This document shows, piece after piece, positions 47,644 through 59,595 of a stretch of DNA of 64,000 nt. Numbering within the stretch: position 1 is the stretch's first letter; every line of letters starts with the position of its first letter. A program made the translations under genes and the position numbers. Origin of the DNA: Deltaproteobacteria bacterium (lineage in GTDB: Bacteria > Myxococcota_A > Polyangia > Fen-1088); contig JANRKS010000040.1 in NCBI GenBank assembly GCA_033763315.1, forward strand, positions 1 to 64,000, in the 5' to 3' direction. The notes under the pieces were generated by a model. It made no database searches. It had not been told where the DNA came from and worked only from the letters and a program-made list of their open reading frames with translations.

Positions 47644-49653
47644 TCAAGCGTCGCGGCTGATCTCTGCCGCAAACAATTCGTGCATCAGCTGGCTGATGTC
47701 CTCCCGTGAGGCCGTGGCGAAGGGGCGCAACATGCGCGCAAACTCGCCGGCCGAACGAATGCGTTGATCCACGGTGGGCGCCATCGCTTGCTTGATCACT
47801 TGCACAAGCTCCGGATCGAGTTTCGTCATCTCAAGATCCATGCGCGAGAACTCGGTGTGCCCGGGGCCCACGGCGGCGCGGAGGATCTGGTTGATGGGCG
47901 TGAGCTCCTTGCTGTTGTAGAGCGCGTGGCCCACCAAACAACAAAACGCCACCACGCCAGCGGCAAACACATCGGCGCGCGCGTCCACGGCTTCTCCGCG
48001 CGCCTGCTCGGGCGACATATAGCCGGCGTTGCCCTTGACCATCCCCATCTGCGTTTTGCTGACCCGGCTTTCCGCTTTGACAATGCCGAAATCCGACAGC
48101 TTCACTTCGCCCGCGTAGGACACGAGTACGTTCGAGAGCGACACGTCCCTGTGGACTATCTCCATTGGCTTGCCTTTGGCGTCGACGCGGGTGTGGGCAT
48201 ATTCGAGTGCCAACAACACTTCGCGAATGATGGTCATCGCGATCGGCGTGGGCAGCGGCTTGCCATGCACTGACATGTGCCGCAGCAAAACCTTCTCCAG
48301 ATCTTTGCCGGCCACGTACTCAAGCGCCAAGAAGTAATCGTTGCCCGCTCGGCCGAAATCAAACACCGATACGATATTTGAATGCGCTAGCCCAGATTGC
48401 AAACGCGCCTCATCCACGAACTGCGCAACCGCTTCGGGCAAACCAAGCAAATGCGGATGCATGCGTTTGACCACCAAAGTGCGCTCAAACCCCTCGGCCC
48501 CGTGAAGGATCGCGCGGAAGATCTCCGCCATGCCGCCTTCGCCGATGCGATCCAGCAAAGAATAGCGCCCCAACACATGGGGCTTTTGTTCTCGCAAATC
48601 AACAGCCACCGCGGTGGCGCTCATCGTTTCCGAAACGCTGATCTCACCGGAGGGTTTGCGTGTGCGAGGATCAGAGGTGCCATGCGTTTCGGCCACGCGG
48701 GGGGCGGTGGGGCCCGTGCCGATCACTGTGGCCTTTGCTGGCAACGCCGCAGCTGGCGCTTCCGCTGGAGTAAGGGGTTGCGTGGGCGTGCGGAACAACA
48801 CAACAACACCAGCAAGTACGAAAACCGCACCCAAGCCCCAAAACACGAATGCCAGTGGGTTCACGGCGGACGGTGCGGCCAAAGGCACGGCGCCCACCGC
48901 CCACAACCACAAACCACCGGGAAGCTGCTTGGATGCGAACGGCAGATAGTCCGCTGTGGCACCGGCAGGGGCGCCTTCTTGCCCCAGCAGTTGCGGCAAC
49001 GCCGCGGTCTGCGCCGCAGGGCCGCCAGCCAAGAGCAACTGTTGCCCATCGGAAATGCCGAGCGCCGCACCACTGGTCAACGCGGCAGCGGTGAGCGCTT
49101 CCTGCGTCAACACTTCAGCCAAGATGATCACGCCCTCATGCTGGCCACCCGCAGGCTCCAAACGAGCGGCCGCGGCGGCATACACGCGGCCACTGCCTTT
49201 GATCAACCCTGAAGCCACTTTGTTTGCCGACGCACGTTTGATCAAATCATCTGCCACGGGCATCGGTGATTCCAAGAACAACGAGGCGAGCGGTTTGCCG
49301 CTAACCACGAGCGCGCTCACGCGGCCACGGCTGCGAAACGGGTTCCACCAATCCTCGTTTTCAAACGCGTCCTGAAACGTAGCCGCGTCAACCTCATCGC
49401 GAACGGCGGCAAGCAAAGGCGGCAGCCGTGCTGCCTCGGCCGCTGGTACCTCGAGTGATTTGCCCCGGCTGTCTAAGGCCGCTTGGGCCCGCGAAACGAA
49501 ACGTTCTGCCACAGCAGCCACCGGCGCCGCTTGCGAACGCTTTTGCCCGTGCATCGCGAAGCCCCCACCCAAGGCTGCCGCGCCGAGGGCAATGAGCACG
49601 AGCGGCAAACGCGAAACACGGCGCACGGGTGCAGGCGATTGATCAGTCTTCAT
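47644..49653 (-). CDS. membrane-anchored Ser/Thr protein kinase with extracytoplasmic domain
   Basis: Two TMs flanking ~230 aa; IGEGGMAEI, VVK, HRDVS..N, DFG, YMSPEQ; start overlaps the upstream stop. Confidence 0.93.
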   Translation of the reverse strand: MKTDQSPAPVRRVSRLPLVLIALGAAALGGGFAMHGQKRSQAAPVAAVAERFVSRAQAALDSRGKSLEVPAAEAARLPPLLAAVRDEVDAATFQDAFENEDWWNPFRSRGRVSALVVSGKPLASLFLESPMPVADDLIKRASANKVASGLIKGSGRVYAAAAARLEPAGGQHEGVIILAEVLTQEALTAAALTSGAALGISDGQQLLLAGGPAAQTAALPQLLGQEGAPAGATADYLPFASKQLPGGLWLWAVGAVPLAAPSAVNPLAFVFWGLGAVFVLAGVVVLFRTPTQPLTPAEAPAAALPAKATVIGTGPTAPRVAETHGTSDPRTRKPSGEISVSETMSATAVAVDLREQKPHVLGRYSLLDRIGEGGMAEIFRAILHGAEGFERTLVVKRMHPHLLGLPEAVAQFVDEARLQSGLAHSNIVSVFDFGRAGNDYFLALEYVAGKDLEKVLLRHMSVHGKPLPTPIAMTIIREVLLALEYAHTRVDAKGKPMEIVHRDVSLSNVLVSYAGEVKLSDFGIVKAESRVSKTQMGMVKGNAGYMSPEQARGEAVDARADVFAAGVVAFCCLVGHALYNSKELTPINQILRAAVGPGHTEFSRMDLEMTKLDPELVQVIKQAMAPTVDQRIRSAGEFARMLRPFATASREDISQLMHELFAAEISRDA

Positions 49654-50572
49654 AAGATCCGTACGCCTGGCCAAACTTGTTCAGATGCGGCTGCTTCGGG
49701 GCCACGGACGCGGCCATTTGCACCCGGTTCACGCCGCCCGCAACCTCGACAGCCTTAACAGCAGGCTTGATCCCTGGCGCCCACAACACGACCTTGCGCA
49801 CGCCGACGGGCACGCCATCGATCTCGAAGGAGCCATCGCCGTTGACCTTCGCAAAATAACCATTGGGCACCACCAACACATCCGCCTGCATCTTGCTGTG
49901 GATGTTGCACATGATTTCCACGTGCCCCGGCCGCGTCAGCGCCACGGGAGAAGACGTGGTTCCTCCCTTAAGGCTGCCCACGTCAAACGCGTTGCTACGG
50001 CTTTTGGAGAACACGTTGTGAAAGATGGCGTCGCGGTTCGGGAAGATCAACTTGGTGCCCACCGGCACCGCCACCACGCGCGGTGCGAATTGCTTGTTCT
50101 CCTGCCGAATCTCCACGGTGCGAAGCGGGCCCGTACGCCCGCGCAAGCCATCGACATAAACATATGCCTCGCCCGCCCCCGAAGGCAGTTCAACCTTGCC
50201 CTGCAGCTTTCCCGTGGTGGCGGCCACTTCGCGCGTCGTCTGGCTTGGTTGATCGGGCGTTGCCGCCGGCGTGCTGGGTGTGGCGGGCTTGGGCAACGCG
50301 GGAATGTTCATCGCCTGGTTGCCTGCGCTCGCACGAATGAGCTGCACCAACACGTCGTAACGTTGTTGATCGGCGGCCATCATGTTCAGGATCAGCTGTT
50401 TCTGCTCAGCCAGCTCGCGCTCCAGCCGTGCGACGTCAGACTGCAACCGCGCAACCTCTGAAGAGGGGTCCGCGGCCGCTGCGATGGAAGGAGCGGCAAG
50501 GAGGCACCCCACCCCGAATAGCGTCGTAAGCAAATGCTGCCTTGAAATAGACATCGTGGGCAATCTTCTCAT
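49643..50572 (-). CDS. exported cupredoxin-like protein with N-terminal coiled coil
   Basis: FAPRV...FPN.D..FHNVFS...CNIHSKM (type-1 Cu His/Cys/His/Met pattern). Confidence 0.85.
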   Translation of the reverse strand: MRRLPTMSISRQHLLTTLFGVGCLLAAPSIAAAADPSSEVARLQSDVARLERELAEQKQLILNMMAADQQRYDVLVQLIRASAGNQAMNIPALPKPATPSTPAATPDQPSQTTREVAATTGKLQGKVELPSGAGEAYVYVDGLRGRTGPLRTVEIRQENKQFAPRVVAVPVGTKLIFPNRDAIFHNVFSKSRSNAFDVGSLKGGTTSSPVALTRPGHVEIMCNIHSKMQADVLVVPNGYFAKVNGDGSFEIDGVPVGVRKVVLWAPGIKPAVKAVEVAGGVNRVQMAASVAPKQPHLNKFGQAYGSYED

Positions 50573-50587
50573 CGCTCGGCTCCCAAA

Positions 50588-51898
50588 TTAAAAAGAAAGC
50601 ACCAGACTGCTGGTGAACACGTCGTTTCGGACGGCAGGCAAACCGCCGTATTCCCCATTGCGCAGGTATTCGGCCTTCAAGGCACTGCCTTCGGACAAGG
50701 TCATACGCACGCCGGCCGTCGCGCGCCACGATTTGGTAGCATAAAGACGTTCGTCGCCCAACCACACGCGGGCGCTGCGGTATTCGCCGCGGCCATAGGC
50801 GCCGAAGGTGGCATTGATAAGCCAGTCGAGTTCAAGGTAACCGCCGCCCTTGAGATCCAGGTCGTAAACGTCATCGGCGGCGCGGCCATCCATCTTGCCT
50901 TTGAGGAACTCAGCGCGCACGAGCAAGCGGCCGAGATCGGCCTGCACATCGGCGCCCGCGAAATAGGCCGTGCCCTTGCTGGAAGGCGAGCGATCCGGGG
51001 CGCCGTAGCTGCCCGACAGGCCCAACTCCACGCCGAACGGCAACCGCGCCGAAACGCGCGCGGACCCTGTTTTCGCAGCGTTGCTATCAACCTCGTCGTA
51101 AAAGTGAAACTGCTCCCAGGTGTTGGATCCATTGGTCAGCGCCATCGCCACCACCAACCAATCGCTGGCGCCAAACTTTGTGCGGGCTTTGACACCCACG
51201 GCAGGGTTGGTTGTGTAGCGAGCAATCAACGATGGCGTGACGCCGAAGCGCTGGTGTGATTTGCGGTTGCGGTATTCAATGCCCAACACCGAATCGGTTT
51301 TGCCCACAAACAACGAAGTGCGCTGCGATTGCGTGGGCAACCACTCAACCTGGGCGATGTCGAGATCCATCACGTCGCCTAGGCGAAAGTCGTTGCCTGT
51401 GCGAGGCGTGATGTTCAGGCTGGCGGTGATGATCGCTGTGGGTGTCATGGCCGCCCGCATGCGCAGGTTCAATTCATTCACGATAAACCCAGGGGCCCCG
51501 CGTGAGTTGATGCTGTCAAAGCGATCCGTGCCTGGCGCGTTGCCAAGGTCAGCCACTTCCCCGCGCGAATTGACCGCGGGGGCCAAAATATCGCCCAAGA
51601 ACACCCAGCCGAAGTTGCCATAGCGGTTGCTGAAGTCTTGGACGTAACCCGACCCATCACCTTGGGGAGCAAAGAACCCAACATCCACATAGCCACTCCA
51701 CTGCAGCTTCGGGTTGCGGTTGAGCAGCATCTCCTCGTTGCGCTGCACACGCTCGCGCAATTCGGCGATCGATTCGGGCGTCTCAAACACGGTGGTATCA
51801 GCGCCAGACACTTCATCTGTTGTGACTTCGGCATCCGCGGCCTGTGCCACCGCGGTCCAGATCGCACACGCGAAAAGGTATGTGACAAGGCTTTTCAC
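50588..51898 (-). CDS. outer-membrane beta-barrel (porin-like) protein
   Basis: Signal peptide, short coiled coil, amphipathic strands, KAEY, C-terminal LVLSF. Confidence 0.8.
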   Translation of the reverse strand: MKSLVTYLFACAIWTAVAQAADAEVTTDEVSGADTTVFETPESIAELRERVQRNEEMLLNRNPKLQWSGYVDVGFFAPQGDGSGYVQDFSNRYGNFGWVFLGDILAPAVNSRGEVADLGNAPGTDRFDSINSRGAPGFIVNELNLRMRAAMTPTAIITASLNITPRTGNDFRLGDVMDLDIAQVEWLPTQSQRTSLFVGKTDSVLGIEYRNRKSHQRFGVTPSLIARYTTNPAVGVKARTKFGASDWLVVAMALTNGSNTWEQFHFYDEVDSNAAKTGSARVSARLPFGVELGLSGSYGAPDRSPSSKGTAYFAGADVQADLGRLLVRAEFLKGKMDGRAADDVYDLDLKGGGYLELDWLINATFGAYGRGEYRSARVWLGDERLYATKSWRATAGVRMTLSEGSALKAEYLRNGEYGGLPAVRNDVFTSSLVLSF

Positions 51899-53451
51899 AG
51901 GTGCGCTCCTGGTGGCGGCAAGTGCAAGGCGGGCCGGTCATACACACCGGTAAGCGTTCGCAAGAAGGCCGCTAGATCGGCACGATCGCGCGCGCTCAAC
52001 TTGAGTGGCTTCAACTCATGCGCCACGCCAGCGCTTGTGTCACCGCCTTGGTCGTAGTGCTGAATCACATCGTCGAGCGTGCTGTAAACACCATCGTGCA
52101 TGTAGGGCGCCGTTAATGCCACGTCGCGTAAACTTGGCGTGCGCCATTGGCCTTTCATCTGGGCGCCTGGCACCATCGTATAGAACCGGCTGCGTTCAGA
52201 CCCCTTGGCAGGATCGTCGCTAAACGCCCCGTTGCGCAGCACGGGCGACGCTTGCAGCTTGGTCAAGCCATCGAAGAATCCCCAGGGCAAACAGTTGCGC
52301 GGGGTCACGCAATCGCATGCGCCACCGGCGGGGCAATCGACCACGGTGGGCACGCTCACGCCTTGTTGCGGAACGCCGATGTTGTGAAAAGCGTTGTCCG
52401 AAAACAGCGGTGTGTTGTGGCACGAGATACAAGACGCGCGCCCGACGAACAAACGTAGGCCGCGCTTGGCGTCGTCTGAAAGCGCCGTGGATTCTGGTCC
52501 CTCGGCCACGAAGCGATCAAACGGGGCGTTGCGGCTGCGCAGCTCAAACTCATACGCGCCGATCAACTTTGCAACGTTCACCAGCGTGCGTGTCACGGCG
52601 GATCGATCTGCATCCGTCATGCAATCGAACGCATCAGCAAACGGCTCAGTGGCGTCGCCCACCTGGCAGCCAGCTTTTTTGCCAGGCTTGCCCTTGAGCG
52701 GGAACCGGGGCAAACAGACCTGGGCTCCTGTTTCCACGTTGGTGGCCACGGCGCAACCCGTGGGGCAGGCGGGCGCCACACCTGCACATACACCAGCCAC
52801 ATCGACAGCGGCGGCCACCTCGGCGCTTGTGCCGGTCATCGGCAATGGTTCGCCGATCACCGCTTCGTAAGCCGCGCGGTATTTGTCGGCTACCGCCCAT
52901 GCGATGCTCAAACGGTTGCCATTCATCGAAACGGCTGATTCGATCACGGCAAAAGCTTGCCCCCACAAGGAATCCGAACGTCCATTCCAATACAGCAGAT
53001 CATAGTAAGCGGCGTTGACCGACTGTTGGCTGTTGACGTCGTACCAGCCCGCGCCCACAGAAACGTGCCCGGGCACCGAAGAGGTGTCGGTGCCGGCGTG
53101 CGTGGGGTTGTGGCAAGAAGCGCAAGACAACGCCGTTCGAGTGCCGAGCGGCGAACGCGCCGAAGCCGTCGCGCGCCCTAAGGTGTCCACCCAGGTGGAA
53201 ACGCCGGAAAAATCCCCTTCGAAATAGAACTGCCATCCCAACGCCACGGCGGCTTCGTTGCCGACGAAGCGGTTAGAAGCATCGTTGCGGGGGGGCGCCA
53301 AGCCCGCCAATGACTGGGCCCGAGACCATTCTTGATGTGTGAAAAAGCAACCCGCTTCCTCACACCCAAGGTCATCAAGCCCACCACAGGCAGACAACAG
53401 CAAGGCTGTCGCGCCGAACAAATGGAAGGTGGTGGCGGGGAAATTCGACAC
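51895..53451 (-). CDS. di-heme bCcP/MauG-family enzyme, lipoprotein
   Basis: CASCH, YWNGRS, PFDRF, CISCH, FHNIG, TPSLRDVALTAPYMHDG; lipobox LSAC. Confidence 0.9.
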   Translation of the reverse strand: MSNFPATTFHLFGATALLLSACGGLDDLGCEEAGCFFTHQEWSRAQSLAGLAPPRNDASNRFVGNEAAVALGWQFYFEGDFSGVSTWVDTLGRATASARSPLGTRTALSCASCHNPTHAGTDTSSVPGHVSVGAGWYDVNSQQSVNAAYYDLLYWNGRSDSLWGQAFAVIESAVSMNGNRLSIAWAVADKYRAAYEAVIGEPLPMTGTSAEVAAAVDVAGVCAGVAPACPTGCAVATNVETGAQVCLPRFPLKGKPGKKAGCQVGDATEPFADAFDCMTDADRSAVTRTLVNVAKLIGAYEFELRSRNAPFDRFVAEGPESTALSDDAKRGLRLFVGRASCISCHNTPLFSDNAFHNIGVPQQGVSVPTVVDCPAGGACDCVTPRNCLPWGFFDGLTKLQASPVLRNGAFSDDPAKGSERSRFYTMVPGAQMKGQWRTPSLRDVALTAPYMHDGVYSTLDDVIQHYDQGGDTSAGVAHELKPLKLSARDRADLAAFLRTLTGVYDRPALHLPPPGAHL

Positions 53452-53559
53452 GCCAGCAATGTAACCGCGTTATGGCAAAGAGGGCAGTTCTGTTTTCGAA
53501 CCGTGGTCCACAAAAATGCCTTTTGAGGCTTCGCGCCCACCTTGGGTGATCGGGCCACC

Positions 53560-55827
<2,268 letters not shown>

Positions 55828-55923
55828 AGCCGCCTTCGCAGGCAGGCCACGCGCCCGCCCTAACCTACAGGTATTTCAAGGGTAAGCGCGCTCCTCACAC
55901 AAGCTGCGCGTAATTCTGCCGAT

Positions 55924-58900
55924 GTGGCACATGTCGTGGCAAACGCGCGGAACACCAACAACGGAGACGGAGCCGATAGGGCCACAGCTGCCGCTGCCCG
56001 CACGTCCGCAAACATCGTCGCGTTGCCGCCCGAGGTGATCAAGGCGGCCAGCGAGGGCGCGCAACAACTGGGGCATTACATCCTCATCAGGGAGTTGGGG
56101 CAAGGTGGATCGGGCACCGTCTACGCGGCGTGGGATAGGCACCTTGGACGATGGGCGGCGATTAAGGTTCTGAACCACATAACCGCGGAGAGCGCCGCAC
56201 GGTTTCTGCGGGAGGCCCAGATGGCGTCACGCCTATCGCACCCCCACATCGTGCCGCTTTACGAAGCCTCCGAAGCGGACGGGGGGCGCCCCTTCTTGGC
56301 AATGAAACTGATCCATGGTCAGCAGCTCTCGCGCGTGCAACTTGAGGTCAAACGCGCGAGCGCCGTTATGCGCGACGTGGCGGATGCCGTTCAATACGCC
56401 CACGACAACGGCGTGATCCATCGCGATCTCAAGCCGCAAAACCTGATGCTTGATGAAGCGGGCCACGTATGGATCCTGGACTTCGGCCTGGCACACTCCG
56501 TAGACAATGGCAGCACCTTAACGGTGGCCGGCGCCATCGTGGGCACGCCTGCCTTTATGCCGCCCGAACAAGCGCGCGGTAAACACTGCGATGAACGCAG
56601 CGATGTGTACGCGTTGGGCGCCACCTTGTATGCGTTGTTGAGTGGTCGCGCGCCGTTTGAAGGCGACAACGCTTTGTGGGTAATGACCCAAGTTTTGGCT
56701 GACGATCCGCCACCTTTGCGATCGTTGAACGAACGTGTTCCAAAGGACATCGAGACGATCGTTCAAAAGGCCATGCGCCGTGATCCACAACAACGATACG
56801 CGCGCGCCCGTGACTTCGCCGACGACCTGCGCCGGCACGACCGCGGTGAGGTTGTGACGGCACGCCCCGTGGGCGCAGCCGCGCGCTTGGCCAAAACCGT
56901 GCGGCGAAACAAAGTCGCCGCTGTCACGTTGGCGGCGATCGTCTGCGGCGTGGGCTTGTTCGGATTGGGGGCCTTCCGCTACGCAAAGGATATGGAGGTG
57001 CGCGAACAGGCCACGGCGGAGGCGCGCGCCTTGGCCGAATCGCGCTTGGCGCAAGCGTCGAAGAACCTGAAAACAGCCGAGCTCAACCGCGCCGAGGGCC
57101 TTGTGGAGGAAGGCAACGCGCTTGGCGCCGCGGGCGATTGGCAAAGTGCAAGCTTGCGCTACCAAGCGGCCGATACGATTTTTAAAGGGGTCGGCGAGGA
57201 AGATCCTGGGCCCAACGCGGGCATGACGGACGTGCTTATGCGTGCGCCTCCGCCCATATGGATCCAACCAGCCCTTCATTCGGCGCGCATCACAGAGCTG
57301 GTTCTAAATCGTGACGAAACCCGCACCTACTCAAGCAGCTTGGATGGCACCGTCAAAGTTTTCGACCCGCGCAATCAACAGGTCGAACACACGTTTGAGT
57401 TGAACGTGCAAGTGTGGGCGCTGGCGCTCGATCCCTCTGAGCGCTTTCTCGTGGCAACCACAGAGGACGGGCAAGCGGTGATCTGGGACGTGAAGACTTT
57501 CGCGGAGGTGCGGAAGTTGCAGCAATTGCCAACACGCCTGCGAGCGATCGCCTTTTCCCCCGATGGGCGCTGGCTGACCGGCGTCTATTTCGACGGCACC
57601 GTCGTGACGTGGGCGTTTCCCGAAGGGCGCGTCTTGGCGACGTGGAAGGAGGCCACTTACGCGCGCTCAGTTGCGTATCCCGCGTTTGGCAATGGCACTG
57701 TAACGATCGGCCTCTCGCACGATCGCACCGGGCCCTGGGCCGTTTTGCGCAAGGCAGACACGGGCCAAAAGGTCGGCGCACTCACCAACAACAAGGCCTT
57801 CGCTGGCGTTCGCAACATCGTGGCCGACCGTCGAACAGGGTCCTTATATGCAGGGTTTGACGGCGGCTTTTTGATTCAGCCCAAGGGCAGCCAAGGGGCG
57901 CACACCTATGCCAGTTTCGGACACACCGTCGGCGTGTCATTGAACGCGGCGGAAGATCTTTTGGCCGTCGGGTTCCTAAAAGGAGCCATCCAAGTGCGCT
58001 CACTTTCGAGCCCGCAGAAGGTCCTATTCTCGTTGACGGAAGGCGGAGGTGAGATCACGAGGCTTGGCCGCAAAGGCCGCGTATTTTCCGCAACCGATAA
58101 AGGCGCTCTCCAGCTTTGGGCCATGGGCACTCAACCCTCGATGGGTAGGGTGGCCGAGCAAGACAATGTCATTGGCGTGCAGTCGACGATGGCGGGCGCG
58201 TTGGTGGTGGTGGAACATCGTGGGGGGCGGTTCACTGGCGTGGATCGCGCCACGGGCAAGAATTTATGGACGGTTCAACTCCCGGTTCCTGCGAGGTCGT
58301 TCTCGCTGCCCTCGCCACAGGCGGATCGTTTGGCGTCATGCGATCAAGAAGGTCACCTGCGCATCTTCGCGTTGCCTTCGGGGAAACAACTCCTCATGAT
58401 TCAAGTCGATACCCCGGTGAGGTTCTTAAAGTTCTCGCCGGATTCGCGCTGGCTGGGTGCCACCTTCGCACCCGGGGGTGCGTTGTTTGATGCGAGTACG
58501 GGCGCCCTAATGACCTCGTTCAACGGCGAGCTGACGCATCGGTTCGTCGCGTTCGCTCCCGATGGCAGCCACATGGCGACGATGAGCGGAGCCGAACTTG
58601 TGATCTTCGATATGAAAGCGATGCAGGTGAAGAAGCGCTTTCCCTACCACGCAGGTTGGCGGGCTACTGACGGCTTCTGGAACGCCAAAGCGGGTGTGGT
58701 GATGGTCGCCTTCGAGGACCAAGGGGTCGTTTCTTATGATCTTCAGACGGGCGAAGAGAAGCCGCTGGTGCTGTCCGACCATGTTTCAAGTCAATTGGCG
58801 CTCGCAGCGGTGTCACGGCCCGTGCTGTGGCTGGGAACCTTGAAACATCAAGACGGAGAACTGGGGATTGATGTCTGGGACATCACAAAGAAGCGCCGCG

Positions 58901-59415
58901 TGCATCGGTTTCAGTCGAGCGGCGTTGCCGTGACCGAGCCGCACCTGCCAAGCGACGTTCCGTTGGCCGTCTCGGTAAACGACGCAGGCGAAGTCGTGGT
59001 CTGGGATCTGACGCTGCCAGATCGTTTCCAAAACCGACAGGACGAATTCGAGTTGGCCATCCGCAAAGAGGAGAAGGTGCCCTCCCCGCGCACTCATCTG
59101 GCATTGGCACGATACTTCTCTATGCGTGGCGTTGATGATTGGGCCGCCGACGAGTTCATGAAATTTGAAGAGTCAGCGGGTGCCCTGCGCCGCGAGGTAA
59201 CGGCGCTTGAATATGGCCGCGCGCTGTGGCTGGGCGGGCACATCCAGAAAGCTTTGCAGCAATACCAACACGCGCTGAAGAACGGCGAAGCGCCGTCCGA
59301 CTACTTGAGACTGTGCATCACGGCCTTGGAAGCGGAGTTGCAAGCCGGGTCTAAAGCCGCGGCCACGCCTGTGCCAAAGCGGCGCACGAAAAGCCAGCCC
59401 GTGCGGACGCTGTGA
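55924..59415 (+). CDS. Ser/Thr kinase with TM, WD40 repeats and TPR-like segments
   Basis: LGQGGSG, AAIK, HRDLKPQN, DFGLA, GTPAFMPPEQ; repeated FSPDG/WD; start uncertain. Confidence 0.92.
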   Translation: MAHVVANARNTNNGDGADRATAAAARTSANIVALPPEVIKAASEGAQQLGHYILIRELGQGGSGTVYAAWDRHLGRWAAIKVLNHITAESAARFLREAQMASRLSHPHIVPLYEASEADGGRPFLAMKLIHGQQLSRVQLEVKRASAVMRDVADAVQYAHDNGVIHRDLKPQNLMLDEAGHVWILDFGLAHSVDNGSTLTVAGAIVGTPAFMPPEQARGKHCDERSDVYALGATLYALLSGRAPFEGDNALWVMTQVLADDPPPLRSLNERVPKDIETIVQKAMRRDPQQRYARARDFADDLRRHDRGEVVTARPVGAAARLAKTVRRNKVAAVTLAAIVCGVGLFGLGAFRYAKDMEVREQATAEARALAESRLAQASKNLKTAELNRAEGLVEEGNALGAAGDWQSASLRYQAADTIFKGVGEEDPGPNAGMTDVLMRAPPPIWIQPALHSARITELVLNRDETRTYSSSLDGTVKVFDPRNQQVEHTFELNVQVWALALDPSERFLVATTEDGQAVIWDVKTFAEVRKLQQLPTRLRAIAFSPDGRWLTGVYFDGTVVTWAFPEGRVLATWKEATYARSVAYPAFGNGTVTIGLSHDRTGPWAVLRKADTGQKVGALTNNKAFAGVRNIVADRRTGSLYAGFDGGFLIQPKGSQGAHTYASFGHTVGVSLNAAEDLLAVGFLKGAIQVRSLSSPQKVLFSLTEGGGEITRLGRKGRVFSATDKGALQLWAMGTQPSMGRVAEQDNVIGVQSTMAGALVVVEHRGGRFTGVDRATGKNLWTVQLPVPARSFSLPSPQADRLASCDQEGHLRIFALPSGKQLLMIQVDTPVRFLKFSPDSRWLGATFAPGGALFDASTGALMTSFNGELTHRFVAFAPDGSHMATMSGAELVIFDMKAMQVKKRFPYHAGWRATDGFWNAKAGVVMVAFEDQGVVSYDLQTGEEKPLVLSDHVSSQLALAAVSRPVLWLGTLKHQDGELGIDVWDITKKRRVHRFQSSGVAVTEPHLPSDVPLAVSVNDAGEVVVWDLTLPDRFQNRQDEFELAIRKEEKVPSPRTHLALARYFSMRGVDDWAADEFMKFEESAGALRREVTALEYGRALWLGGHIQKALQQYQHALKNGEAPSDYLRLCITALEAELQAGSKAAATPVPKRRTKSQPVRTL

Positions 59416-59595
59416 GACCGGGTCAGCCACGTCTTCGATGAAGTGGCGGCCTTTGTCGTTTTTTTGAGCAACACAAAGGCGCTGCGGACACTGAGACAAC
59501 AGGCGCTCGCTTTGCCGTGCTGGCAGAGCCCGGGCGGCCGCCTAAGAAGGAGAAGCTTTATGTTCTGGGTCCCTACCAAAATCAAAGCGTTGTTG

